A DNA stretch of 63,599 nucleotides, taken from the NCBI GenBank assembly GCA_002293855.1, contig DBEB01000010.1, positions 1-63,599 of the forward strand. Reading direction: 5' to 3'. Under the pieces are notes generated by a model. That model did not search any database, was not told where the DNA came from, and was given only the letters and a program-made list of their open reading frames with translations. Shown piece by piece: positions 25,527 to 34,238 of the stretch. A program made the translations under genes and the position numbers. Source of the stretch: Candidatus Falkowbacteria bacterium UBA917. GTDB lineage: Bacteria; Patescibacteriota; Patescibacteriia; Patescibacteriales; Patescibacteriaceae. Position 1 is the stretch's first letter. Every line of letters starts with the position of its first letter.

Positions 25527-26684
25527 ATGTCTAAAAGTTTAGAAAAGAATTCACTGGCTGGAAAATTGATTCATAATTTGATTAATTTTGCCGTTTACCA
25601 TGAGGCTGATCGGATTCAATTGCAATCAGCTCAGCCAGGCCAGAAAATCGCTGTACGATATTTTAATGCTGGTAAACAATTATCAGAATGGTCGATGCCC
25701 GCTATCTTTAGCGAAGTCTTGTGGTCAAGACTATCAGTAGCAAAGGATATTGGCGAAGGTTATTTTTTGGTGTCCGGACCGACAAGTGCTATTCATTGTC
25801 AAGTTGAGAAGCTAAATACTGATGATGGTGAAAACTTATTAATTCAGCTCCGTGAAGGATCGACTGATCATAGTTGGTCTAGCGCCCAATTTGACCAAGA
25901 AATGACTGATAATCTACTGACAGCACTAGACGGCAAGGGCTTGGGCCTGATCAGTGGCGAGACTCATGCTTGGACCAATCAACTAGCCTATACACTCCTA
26001 AACACTCTCGCTGACGAACAACACTGCTTAGCTAGTCTAGAGGATCCAATCATCAAAAAAATAACTGGAGTCAATCAATACGAGTGGCAACTAGGCAAAG
26101 GCCAAAGCTACCAGAGATTATTTGAATTGATACTAGCCCAAGACCCTGATTTGATTTATATCAGTGAGTTTGCGAGAGTAAGCAGGCACAGCTTGGCGAT
26201 AGCTGCGACCGGTAAATTTGTGCTAGCCAGAACCCAACAACACTCAGTGTCAGAATTAATCAAGAATTTGATTAATGGTAGCGATGGCAAGGCGGTGATA
26301 GAAAGACTGCGTTTTGTTTTGCAAGTTTATCTGGTTAAGCAAAACTGCCCCCACTGCTTAGTGGTTTGTAGACTATCTGATAGCGACAAAGAAAAATTAG
26401 CTAGCATAAGTGGACTGAGCTTGGAAGCGATCAATGCCATTGACTTTGCTGAAAGCCAAGGCTGCGAGCACTGTAGCTTTAGAGCTAGTAGCGGCGAGAT
26501 GCCTCTCTACGACGCTTGGTTTTTATCAACTGAGCAAGCCAAAAAACTAAGCACTGCTACTTTTAATAACAAAACTAGGCAATTTATAGCTGAAGCTATG
26601 CAATTAAACGCACTAGAGGACGCCTGGCTCAAAGCGCAATTACAATTAATAAGCCCACTGGAAATTATTAATAGATTTGGCTAA
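25527..26684 (+). CDS. PilB/GspE-family secretion ATPase homolog with degenerate catalytic motifs (predicted pseudo-ATPase)
   Basis: The family-typical order is kept: ADRIQLQS...AVRYF (ASDIHIEP-like), LEDPII (Asp box), DPDLIYISEFAR (Walker B region), and the tetracysteine CPHC...CEHC. Walker A reads GLISGETHAWTN instead of GPTGSGKT, so the lysine is lost. The His box reads TGKFVLARTQQH. I prefer the start at ATG 25527 (MSKSLEKN) over the track TTG at 25509. Confidence 0.65.
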   Translation: MSKSLEKNSLAGKLIHNLINFAVYHEADRIQLQSAQPGQKIAVRYFNAGKQLSEWSMPAIFSEVLWSRLSVAKDIGEGYFLVSGPTSAIHCQVEKLNTDDGENLLIQLREGSTDHSWSSAQFDQEMTDNLLTALDGKGLGLISGETHAWTNQLAYTLLNTLADEQHCLASLEDPIIKKITGVNQYEWQLGKGQSYQRLFELILAQDPDLIYISEFARVSRHSLAIAATGKFVLARTQQHSVSELIKNLINGSDGKAVIERLRFVLQVYLVKQNCPHCLVVCRLSDSDKEKLASISGLSLEAINAIDFAESQGCEHCSFRASSGEMPLYDAWFLSTEQAKKLSTATFNNKTRQFIAEAMQLNALEDAWLKAQLQLISPLEIINRFG

Positions 26685-26692
26685 ACGGCTTT

Positions 26693-29173
26693 ATGGAAAA
26701 CCTTAAAAAACTATACAAAGAATTAGCCACTTCAGCCAAAGGCTTGAGTAGTTTGGAGGCAGCCAAAAGACTAAAAAAATATGGCCCCAATGAAGTTGCT
26801 AAAGCTCAAAAACTAGCACCAGTCTGGCAGTTTTTGGCTAGTTTTAAAAACCCTTTGATTATTATCCTGATTATTGCAGCAGTGATCTCGGGGGCAACTG
26901 GATCGATTAAAAATGCTTTGATAATTTTATTCATGATCTTGCTGAGTACGGTTTTGAATTTTTATCAGGAATTCAAGTCAGCTAAAGCGGCAGCTAAAAT
27001 TGCTAAGCAGTTACAACTGCAGGTCACAGCACTCAGAGACTCTAAACAAAGAGAGATTTTAAACAAAGAAGTTGTCCCTGGCGATGTGCTTTGCCTAGAT
27101 GCTGGCTCAATTATCGCCGCTGATGGATTACTGATTGAAGCTGATGATTTTTTTGTCAATGAGTCGAGCTTAACTGGTGAAAGTTTTCCAGTTGAAAAAA
27201 GAGCAAATGAAAGCAAAGAAGCGATAATCTTGGCTGGGAGCACCGTAGTATCAGGCTTTGCCAAGATGCTGGCGGCCAAAACTGGCATCAACACACAAAT
27301 CGGCAAAGTAACTCAAAGTCTAGTAAAAAAAGAAGAAATTAATGCTTTTGAAAAAGGCTTGGTAAGCTTTGGCATGATCATTGTCAAAGTTATTATATTT
27401 ATCATCTTGATTGTCTTTTTGATTAATGCCGTACTTGATCGTAACCTCATAGAATCCTTTCTGTTTTCACTAGCGATTGCGGTCGGCGTGACACCAGAGC
27501 TACTACCAGTCATTCTGGCTATTAACATGGGCAAGGCTTCGGTCAATATGGCCAAGCGTGGCGTAATCGTCAAAAGACTCGACTGCATTCCAGACTTTGG
27601 CTCGATGGATCTACTCTGCACTGATAAAACCGGCACCTTGACTCAAGACAAAATCACCTTGGTACGTTTTACTGATCTAGCTGGAACTGAAGATGAAAGC
27701 GTCTTGCGACTCGCCTACATCAACGGCTACTTTGAAACTGGTATCAAAAGCTTACTAGATAAAGCGATTATTGATTTCCGGACACTAGCAGTCGATGGCC
27801 TGCAAAAAATCGATGAGATCCCTTATGACTTCATGCGTCGCCGATCTTCGATTATCTATGAGGACAAAAATCAAAAAATAATGGTAACCAAAGGCGCTCC
27901 AGAGGAGATTTTTAAAATTTGTACTCAGTATCATCTTGATCGTGATGAGCAAATGAGTGTAGCCCGTTTACAACAATTCAAGAATTATTATGAAGATCTC
28001 AGTCGCCAAGGCTTCCGAGTCTTAGCAATCGCTACCAAATATCTAGCCGGACATGAGACTAGCCATATTGAAAACAACATGACCTTGCGTGGCTTTGTAG
28101 CCTTTTATGATCCACCTAAAAAAGATATTAAGCCAACTCTAGACTTGATCAAAAACCACGGTGTGGAGATCAAGATTTTGACTGGTGATAGCGCTCTAGT
28201 AACAACCAAAATATGCGAAGAGCTTGGCCTAAAGGTTAGCGGCATCATTAGTGGTGAGGAGCTAGATATTAATAATCTCAGTGATCAGGCACTAGCCATC
28301 AAAGTAGCTGGAGCAACAATTTGCGCTCGACTCTCCCCTAGTCAAAAAGAGCGAATAATTTTGGCTCTCAAAAAACAGGGCCGAGTGATTGGCTATCTAG
28401 GTGACGGTATTAATGATGCGCCAGCCCTCAAAGCGGCTGATGTCGGCATCAGCGTTGATAATGCCGTCGATGTAGCCAAAGAAGCGGCGGATATCATCCT
28501 AATGAAAAAGGGTCTTGCTGAAATAATGGACGCGGTAATCGAGGGTCGAAGAACCTTTGGCAATGCTATGAAGTACATGCTGATGAGTTTGTCATCAAAC
28601 TTTGGCAATATGTTTTCAATGATTGGAGCTGCTTTATTTCTCCCCTTTTTACCGATGACAGCAGGGCAAATATTACTCAATAACTTTGTCTACGATGTAG
28701 CACAATTGTCGATCCCCTCTGATAATGTTGATTCAGAATATTTAGCCAAACCAAAGCAGTGGAATTTGAAATTTATTATTCGCTACATGTTAGTCTTTGG
28801 TCCGATTTCTTCAGTCTTTGATTTTTTTACCTTTTGGATACTGTATAGCTCAATGAACTTACAGGCTGGAGCCTTTCAAGCGGGCTGGTTCCTAGAGTCA
28901 CTTGCCACTCAAGTCTTGGTGATTTATGTGATTCGAACTCGCAAGATTCCGTTTATTCAGTCCCGACCAAGCGGGCTACTAGCCCTCACAACAGTCTTAG
29001 CGGTTTTCTTTGCCTTACTAGTAGTTATGACTGGTTTAGGAGAGGTATTTGGCTTCGCTGTCTTAACTCTGCCAACAGTCCTGATGATTGGAGCGCTGGT
29101 ACTTGCTTATTTAGTGATCGTAGAAGTAGCTAAGCAAATCTTCTATCGCAAATTTCATCAGCCAGATGCTTGA
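26693..29173 (+). CDS. mgtA: P-type ATPase, MgtA-like magnesium-importing type
   Basis: 826 aa. It has the N-terminal GLSSLEAAKRLKKYGPNEV, the phosphorylation site CTDKTGTLT, TGDS, GDGINDAPALKAADVGISV, and the MgtA-like LLNNFVYDVAQLSIPSDNVD. Confidence 0.8.
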   Translation: MENLKKLYKELATSAKGLSSLEAAKRLKKYGPNEVAKAQKLAPVWQFLASFKNPLIIILIIAAVISGATGSIKNALIILFMILLSTVLNFYQEFKSAKAAAKIAKQLQLQVTALRDSKQREILNKEVVPGDVLCLDAGSIIAADGLLIEADDFFVNESSLTGESFPVEKRANESKEAIILAGSTVVSGFAKMLAAKTGINTQIGKVTQSLVKKEEINAFEKGLVSFGMIIVKVIIFIILIVFLINAVLDRNLIESFLFSLAIAVGVTPELLPVILAINMGKASVNMAKRGVIVKRLDCIPDFGSMDLLCTDKTGTLTQDKITLVRFTDLAGTEDESVLRLAYINGYFETGIKSLLDKAIIDFRTLAVDGLQKIDEIPYDFMRRRSSIIYEDKNQKIMVTKGAPEEIFKICTQYHLDRDEQMSVARLQQFKNYYEDLSRQGFRVLAIATKYLAGHETSHIENNMTLRGFVAFYDPPKKDIKPTLDLIKNHGVEIKILTGDSALVTTKICEELGLKVSGIISGEELDINNLSDQALAIKVAGATICARLSPSQKERIILALKKQGRVIGYLGDGINDAPALKAADVGISVDNAVDVAKEAADIILMKKGLAEIMDAVIEGRRTFGNAMKYMLMSLSSNFGNMFSMIGAALFLPFLPMTAGQILLNNFVYDVAQLSIPSDNVDSEYLAKPKQWNLKFIIRYMLVFGPISSVFDFFTFWILYSSMNLQAGAFQAGWFLESLATQVLVIYVIRTRKIPFIQSRPSGLLALTTVLAVFFALLVVMTGLGEVFGFAVLTLPTVLMIGALVLAYLVIVEVAKQIFYRKFHQPDA

Positions 29174-29200
29174 AATCCGATGACCTAAGCCTCTCTATAC

Positions 29201-29232
29201 AAAAAAGCCACTTGTTAAAAGTGGCTTTTTTT
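29201..29232. terminator. bidirectional terminator between convergent mgtA and cysteine desulfurase genes
   Basis: aaaaaagccacttgttaaaagtggcttttttt has the stem gccactt/aagtggc, flanked by an A-run and a T-run. Confidence 0.75.
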
Positions 29233-29235
29233 AAA

Positions 29236-30459
29236 TTAAGCTCGAAATTTGGCTACAATATCTGGTAGAACTTTGAGTAAAAGATCGACTTCGGAGCGAG
29301 TGTTATTTTTACCAAAAGTAAAGCGTAGCGAAGAACGAGCAGTTGAGTCTGATAGACCTAGAGCCAAGATGGCACTAGAAACTTTGCTAGTATTGTTAGC
29401 GCAAGCTGAACCGGTGGAGACGGCAATACCCGCTTCCATAGCGAGTGCCATTAAAATTGATTCGCCACTGGCACCAGTAAACGAGAGATGAGCATGAGCT
29501 GGTGAACTATTATCAAGATCAGTGTTTAAAATAATGTTGGGAATCTCCTTTTGTACACGACTGACAAAATAGTTTCTGAGCTCAGTGAGATGTTGATTGT
29601 TTTGCTCTTGATCACGCTGGACGATTTCTAGCGCCTTGGCAAGGCCGAGTACTCCTGGAACATTGATGGTACCACTGCGTAGATTGCGCTCGTGATGACC
29701 ACCGTAAATGAGGGGCAAGAGTGGTACGGACTGCCTAGCGATCAAAGCGCCGACTCCCTTGGGCCCATAAATCTTGTGAGCTGATAGCGAGAGCATATCT
29801 AGCTTGAGCTCAGCAAAGTCAGTAGTGAAGAAGTTAATGGCTTGGGTAGCATCAGTATGAAAATAGAGCTTGGTAGCTGGCTTGAGACGCTTGCCCGTTG
29901 GCAAAGCTTGCCAAGCTTTGAATCTTTGTTCATTAACCTTTTCTATCAAGCGTCCGATTTGTTTGATTGGTTGAAGAGTGCCGAGCTCGCTACTCACATA
30001 GACGATAGAAACCAAAACGGTATTATCTTGAATAGCCGATTGCAAAGCTTCTAGCTCAACTAGACCTCTGCCATTAACTGGCAAATAAGTGAGTTCTGCG
30101 AGTCCCTGGAGCTCTAACTGCTTACAAGGCTCTAAAATAGCGTCATGTTCGAGAATGCTAGTGATGATATGAGGCTTATTGATACCATTGCCAGAGAGAG
30201 CCTTAACCAAACCAAATAAAGCTAAGTTATTAGCTTCTGTAGCCCCAGAACAGAAAAGTACTTCAGAGGGACTGACATTAAAAAATTGAGCAGTGGTAGC
30301 CCTGGCCTGATCAACAGCCAAAGCTGCTTCTTGACCATAGCCATGCACTGAGGAGGCATTGGCAAATTTCTCGCTAAAGTATGGCAAGATCGCTGATAGG
30401 ACTTCTGGGTCGGTAGGCGTAGTGGCACTATGATCGAAATAAATCTTAGACATAGCCAA
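29236..30459 (-). CDS. cysteine desulfurase, NifS/IscS type
   Basis: 407 aa. The PLP-lysine context is SLSAHKIYGPKGVGAL and the active-site loop is STGSACANN. Confidence 0.9.
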   Translation of the reverse strand: MAMSKIYFDHSATTPTDPEVLSAILPYFSEKFANASSVHGYGQEAALAVDQARATTAQFFNVSPSEVLFCSGATEANNLALFGLVKALSGNGINKPHIITSILEHDAILEPCKQLELQGLAELTYLPVNGRGLVELEALQSAIQDNTVLVSIVYVSSELGTLQPIKQIGRLIEKVNEQRFKAWQALPTGKRLKPATKLYFHTDATQAINFFTTDFAELKLDMLSLSAHKIYGPKGVGALIARQSVPLLPLIYGGHHERNLRSGTINVPGVLGLAKALEIVQRDQEQNNQHLTELRNYFVSRVQKEIPNIILNTDLDNSSPAHAHLSFTGASGESILMALAMEAGIAVSTGSACANNTSKVSSAILALGLSDSTARSSLRFTFGKNNTRSEVDLLLKVLPDIVAKFRA

Positions 30460-30699
30460 TTATTCTTCGAGAGCTTCTACGGCCGTGACACCTGGCACTT
30501 CAGCTTTGAGCTGTGGCTCAACAGCTTCTTTGATGCTGATAGCTGCCATGGCACAGCCACTACAAGCACCGGTTAGACGCAAAGTAGCGACACCGGTAGC
30601 TGGATTAAAGCTAATAAACTCCATATTACCACCGTCAGCCTGGATAGCTGGCCGTAATTTAGCAAGTGAAGCCTCGATTTGTTCGGGAATAGTAGTCAT
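30460..30699 (-). CDS. NifU C-terminal-domain (Nfu-type) Fe-S cluster protein
   Basis: 79 aa. IQADGGNMEFISFNPATGVATLRLTGACSGCAMAAISIKEAVE is the classic Nfu CxxC domain. Confidence 0.85.
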   Translation of the reverse strand: MTTIPEQIEASLAKLRPAIQADGGNMEFISFNPATGVATLRLTGACSGCAMAAISIKEAVEPQLKAEVPGVTAVEALEE

Positions 30700-30709
30700 A
30701 ATGGTTTAT

Positions 30710-30738
30710 ACTATACTAATAATTATCTTTTATGTCAA
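30710..30738 (-). promoter_or_regulatory. sigma70 promoter (TTGACA-17 nt-TATAGT) for the nifU-nifS operon, 10 nt from the ATG
   Basis: The minus strand reads ttgaca taaaagataattattag tatagt ataaaccatt ATG. The -35 is at 30738-30733 and the -10 at 30715-30710. Confidence 0.6.
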
Positions 30739-30817
30739 TAATTAAGGCGCTGGCTCAGTGGCTATAGACAAGTTATTAAAAAGTGATTTTAGACCACGAT
30801 TAGCTTGCTTTTACAAG

Positions 30818-30846
30818 TTGAAAAAAGCCACTCAGCTTGTTAAGAT
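30818..30846 (+). promoter_or_regulatory. sigma70 promoter (TTGAAA-17 nt-TAAGAT) for dnaB
   Basis: The plus strand reads ttgaaa aaagccactcagcttgt taagat, ending 27 nt before the ATG at 30874. Confidence 0.5.
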
Positions 30847-30873
30847 ATAGGAAATAATTTTAGCTTTGACGAC

Positions 30874-32259
30874 ATGGAGAGCTTGAGAGAAAAAATCGCC
30901 CCACAAAACCTAGAAGCTGAGACGTATGTGCTCGGCGCTTTACTGGTAGACAAAAACAGCATGATCAGAATTGCTGACATGCTCAGACCAGAAGATTTTT
31001 ATAGTGATGCCAATGCCCTCGTCTACGGCACGATGCTCGAGCTCTATGCTAAGCATAGTCCGATTGACATTATCAGCCTCTCCAGCAAATTAACTGAGAA
31101 AAATAAATTAACGGAAGTCGGTGGTCGCAGTTATCTAGCGGGCCTCGCTAGCGCAATCGGCTCCTCGTCAAACCTCGAATACTATGCTCAGTTGGTGCAG
31201 AAAAAAGCGACATTACGTCGTTTGATTGACGCCGCTAATCAGATCTCTAACCTTGGCTATCAAGAAGACGAAGAACTAGATGCGATCTTGGATGCTGCTG
31301 AACAGAAGCTGTTTAATGTCTCACAAAATGTTTTGAAACAAAACTTTGCACCGATTGACAGCTTATTAACCAGCGCCTTTGATCGTATTGACGAACTGCA
31401 TAAGCAAAGTGGTAAATTACGAGGACTACCAACTGGCTTTCACGAACTAGACAATCTCCTCGCTGGCTTACAAAACTCTGACTTAATTATTTTGGCAGCC
31501 AGACCGTCAGTTGGTAAGACTTCGCTAGCTATGGATCTAGCTCGCCAAGTGGCGATTAAAAATAAAAAAGCAGTAGGAGTGTTTAGCTTAGAAATGAGCA
31601 AAGAGCAGCTAGTAGACAGAATGCTCTGTGCTCAAGCTAATGTCAGCTTGTGGAAGATGCGCACTGGCAAACTCTCGGACAATGATGCTGAAGATGATTT
31701 TGCCAAGATCGGCCAAGCGATGGGTGAACTATCAGAAGCACCGATTTATATTGACGACTCCCCTGGCCTCAATATCATGGAGATCAGAACTAAGGCACGA
31801 CGACTGCAGATGGAAAAAGGACTAGCCTTGCTAATCATTGACTACTTGCAATTAATGGAAGGTCGCGGTAAATATAAGGATAACCGTGTTAATGAAGTAT
31901 CAGAAATCTCTCGGTCGCTCAAAATCATTGCTAAGGAATTGAATATTCCGGTAATCGCCCTGTCTCAGCTATCTCGAGCCGTGGAGCAATCCAAGCCAGC
32001 GATTCCGAAGCTGTCACACTTGCGTGAATCTGGATCTATTGAACAAGATGCGGATGTGGTAATGTTTGTCTACCGTCGTGGAGCGGATCGCAACTACGAT
32101 CTCAACAATCTGACGGATGACGAAAAGAGTCACGCGACGATTTATGTAGCGAAGCACAGAAACGGACCAATTGGCATGGTCAACCTGCGCTTTGATGGTG
32201 ACACAGTTAGCTTCAAAAATGATGCGAGTCTAAAAGGCATAGAAGCACCAGAATTTTAA
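30874..32259 (+). CDS. dnaB: replicative DNA helicase
   Basis: 461 aa. PQNLEAETYVLGALL, Walker A ARPSVGKTSLAMD, and IDYLQLM...ALSQLSRAVE... are typical DnaB motifs. There is no intein. Confidence 0.95.
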   Translation: MESLREKIAPQNLEAETYVLGALLVDKNSMIRIADMLRPEDFYSDANALVYGTMLELYAKHSPIDIISLSSKLTEKNKLTEVGGRSYLAGLASAIGSSSNLEYYAQLVQKKATLRRLIDAANQISNLGYQEDEELDAILDAAEQKLFNVSQNVLKQNFAPIDSLLTSAFDRIDELHKQSGKLRGLPTGFHELDNLLAGLQNSDLIILAARPSVGKTSLAMDLARQVAIKNKKAVGVFSLEMSKEQLVDRMLCAQANVSLWKMRTGKLSDNDAEDDFAKIGQAMGELSEAPIYIDDSPGLNIMEIRTKARRLQMEKGLALLIIDYLQLMEGRGKYKDNRVNEVSEISRSLKIIAKELNIPVIALSQLSRAVEQSKPAIPKLSHLRESGSIEQDADVVMFVYRRGADRNYDLNNLTDDEKSHATIYVAKHRNGPIGMVNLRFDGDTVSFKNDASLKGIEAPEF

Positions 32260-32278
32260 TAATTAATCAAATAGCATT

Positions 32279-32566
32279 ATGTTTAACAAATTGAAACAAA
32301 TCAAAGACCTACGTAGCCAAGCCAAAATGATGCAGAGCGCTCTTGCTAGTGAAACTGTTACTCATGAAAAAAATGGCATCACTATCACTATGGATGGCAA
32401 TATGACTGTGACAAAAATCAGTATTGCTGACAAAAATCGTGATGATTTGGAAAAGTCTTTGGCTGAAGCTTATAACAGCACTATCAAAGAAGCGCAAAAA
32501 GTGATGGCTAAGAAGATGCAAGAAATGGGTGGACTAGCTAATCTTGGCGATTTACTCAAAGGTTAA
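32279..32566 (+). CDS. ybaB: YbaB/EbfC family nucleoid-associated protein
   Basis: 95 aa. It has the MQ...L pattern followed by GGxV tweezer-like ITITMDGNMTVTKISI, and it precedes recR as in many bacteria. Confidence 0.8.
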   Translation: MFNKLKQIKDLRSQAKMMQSALASETVTHEKNGITITMDGNMTVTKISIADKNRDDLEKSLAEAYNSTIKEAQKVMAKKMQEMGGLANLGDLLKG

Positions 32567-32568
32567 TT

Positions 32569-33168
32569 ATGAGATATCCGGCCGTAGTCCAAAAGCTAAT
32601 TGAACAACTAGCCCAGTGGCCAACAGTCGGACCAAAGACAGCGGAGCGCTTTGCTTTTTATCTCATCAAGCAAAGGCCAGAGTTTTTGAGAGCGCTTGCC
32701 CAAAGCCTATTGGACTTACAAGGACAACTGACTCAATGCCAAGTTTGTCACAATATCACCGTCGAAAATCCCTGTGCCATTTGCCGTGATCACAATCGTG
32801 AACGAAGCATCTTGTGCGTAGTGGCGGACAGTCGTGATCTAGCAGCGATTGAAGAAACTGGTCAGTATAAGGGCCTCTTTCATGTCTTGAATGGGACGAT
32901 TAGTTCGGTAGCCAGCGGTCAACGTGAAGGTCTAACTATTAACCATCTACTAGAAAGAGTTGCCAGTCAAAGTATCAGCGAAGTGATACTCGCCTTTAAT
33001 CCGGATATCGAAGGTGAAACGACCGCCCTTTATCTAATCCGAATGATGAATAGCACTAAAGTGCGTATCACTCGGCTTGCTAGAGGCTTGCCAGCTGGAG
33101 CGAGTCTAGACTATGCTGACCCAATGACACTCAGTCATGCCCTAAACTATCGTAATAATATTAAATAA
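32569..33168 (+). CDS. recR: recombination protein RecR
   Basis: 199 aa. The Zn finger is CQVCHNITVENPCAICRD and the Toprim region is ILCVVADSRDLAAIE...EVILAFNPDIEGETTA. Confidence 0.95.
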   Translation: MRYPAVVQKLIEQLAQWPTVGPKTAERFAFYLIKQRPEFLRALAQSLLDLQGQLTQCQVCHNITVENPCAICRDHNRERSILCVVADSRDLAAIEETGQYKGLFHVLNGTISSVASGQREGLTINHLLERVASQSISEVILAFNPDIEGETTALYLIRMMNSTKVRITRLARGLPAGASLDYADPMTLSHALNYRNNIK

Positions 33169-33195
33169 TTTTGTTCATTTACAAAGGAGTGCCCA

Positions 33196-33633
33196 ATGAT
33201 GACAAGCAAAGACTTTGAAGATGTGCTACAGACTATAGCGGCTCTAGACAAAGAATTTAATGACTACACTGATAAACTCTGTCAGTATTTACTAAGCTTA
33301 TCTGGAGCTAAAACAAGTTACGGCTCGCCACTAAGTAGAATGAAGATAGTCGAAGATTTTGAGCAAAAAGCTAAGCTAAACAAGCAAGCAGTAGCTAAAC
33401 TCATTGACCGTAACAGATTGATAAATGAAGAGCTACTAGGGATTTGCCAAGCAAACGGTGGAGAGATCAATGAAGTGGCTAGTAACTACTGCTATGTTGC
33501 AAAGAAAATACTCTGCGATTCTATTGACATGAGAGTACTAGTACTACAGCGAGCCTGCAAAACACAGGCATTAAAAATTATTGCCTTGAATACTTGGCCA
33601 GTGAGCATAGATCAAAAAAACCGCCTCAATTAA
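33196..33633 (+). CDS. hypothetical protein
   Basis: 145 aa. An AGGAG SD lies 6 nt upstream of the ATG. It looks helical and soluble. No family was recognised. The stop codon lies in the loop of the terminator hairpin. Confidence 0.6.
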   Translation: MMTSKDFEDVLQTIAALDKEFNDYTDKLCQYLLSLSGAKTSYGSPLSRMKIVEDFEQKAKLNKQAVAKLIDRNRLINEELLGICQANGGEINEVASNYCYVAKKILCDSIDMRVLVLQRACKTQALKIIALNTWPVSIDQKNRLN

Positions 33634-33646
33634 GGCGGTTTTTTCT
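33614..33646. terminator. bidirectional terminator between convergent genes
   Basis: aaaaaaaccgcctcaattaaggcggttttttc has the stem aaccgcc/ggcggtt, with an A-run and a T-run on either side. Confidence 0.75.
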
Positions 33647-33659
33647 TTGTCTAGTCAGA

Positions 33660-34238
33660 TTATTTCTTGCTAGTCTTTTTGGCTTTTGGCTCAGCCTTAG
33701 CTCTGGTCTTTTTGACTGGAGCTTCAGCTTGAGCGATCTCTTCGATCAGTTCTTCAATTTCGTCATTGAAGACCTTAGGAGTAGCTGGGATATTGAGAGC
33801 CTTGATAATAGTATCAAGCTTAGCATGCAGAGAGCTAAACTGATCTTTACACTGGCAAGAACCACCAGACTTAGGAGCAGCAGAGCTACCACCACGACCG
33901 AAACAATTGTCACAGAAAACTGGCTTACCGCTGGTAGGGCGGAAAGGCACTTGGCAGCGATTGCCACAAGTGTCACAGCTAGCTGGGAACATTTTCTTTT
34001 CAGCGCGATCAAAGCTGTTGTAACGATCACGACCGAAATCACGATCATCATAATCGTTATCACGTTGCTGACCAAAACATTCACTGCAATAAACTGGTTT
34101 GTCACCAGTTGGGCGGAAAGGCACTTCACAGCTACGACCACAGTCGGAGCAAGTAGCACGGTGCATAGTCTTTTCACGATCGCCGCCGAAGCGCTTAGAG
34201 CCACCGAAGGAGCGATTTTCTCGTCTAAATTGTCCCAT
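33660..34238 (-). CDS. tandem CxxC-x17-CxxC zinc-ribbon protein with RGG-like N-terminus and lysine-rich tail
   Basis: 192 aa. It has two copies of C(S/D)xCGxxCxVPFRPTxxKPV(Y/F)CxxCF (CSDCGRSCEVPFRPTGDKPVYCSECF and CDTCGNRCQVPFRPTSGKPVFCDNCF). The C-terminal tail is KKTRAKAEPKAKKTSKK. Confidence 0.8.
   Translation of the reverse strand: MGQFRRENRSFGGSKRFGGDREKTMHRATCSDCGRSCEVPFRPTGDKPVYCSECFGQQRDNDYDDRDFGRDRYNSFDRAEKKMFPASCDTCGNRCQVPFRPTSGKPVFCDNCFGRGGSSAAPKSGGSCQCKDQFSSLHAKLDTIIKALNIPATPKVFNDEIEELIEEIAQAEAPVKKTRAKAEPKAKKTSKK

Noticed and set aside
26685-26692. An M-box or other Mg2+ riboswitch in front of the mgtA-like gene.
   Set aside because: Only 8 nt separate it from the upstream gene, which leaves no space for a leader RNA.
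30700-30873. A replication-origin-like region or DnaA boxes next to dnaB.
   Set aside because: I saw no TTATCCACA-like 9-mers or AT-rich unwinding repeats. The spacer is explained by two divergent promoters. The gene is dnaB, not dnaA.
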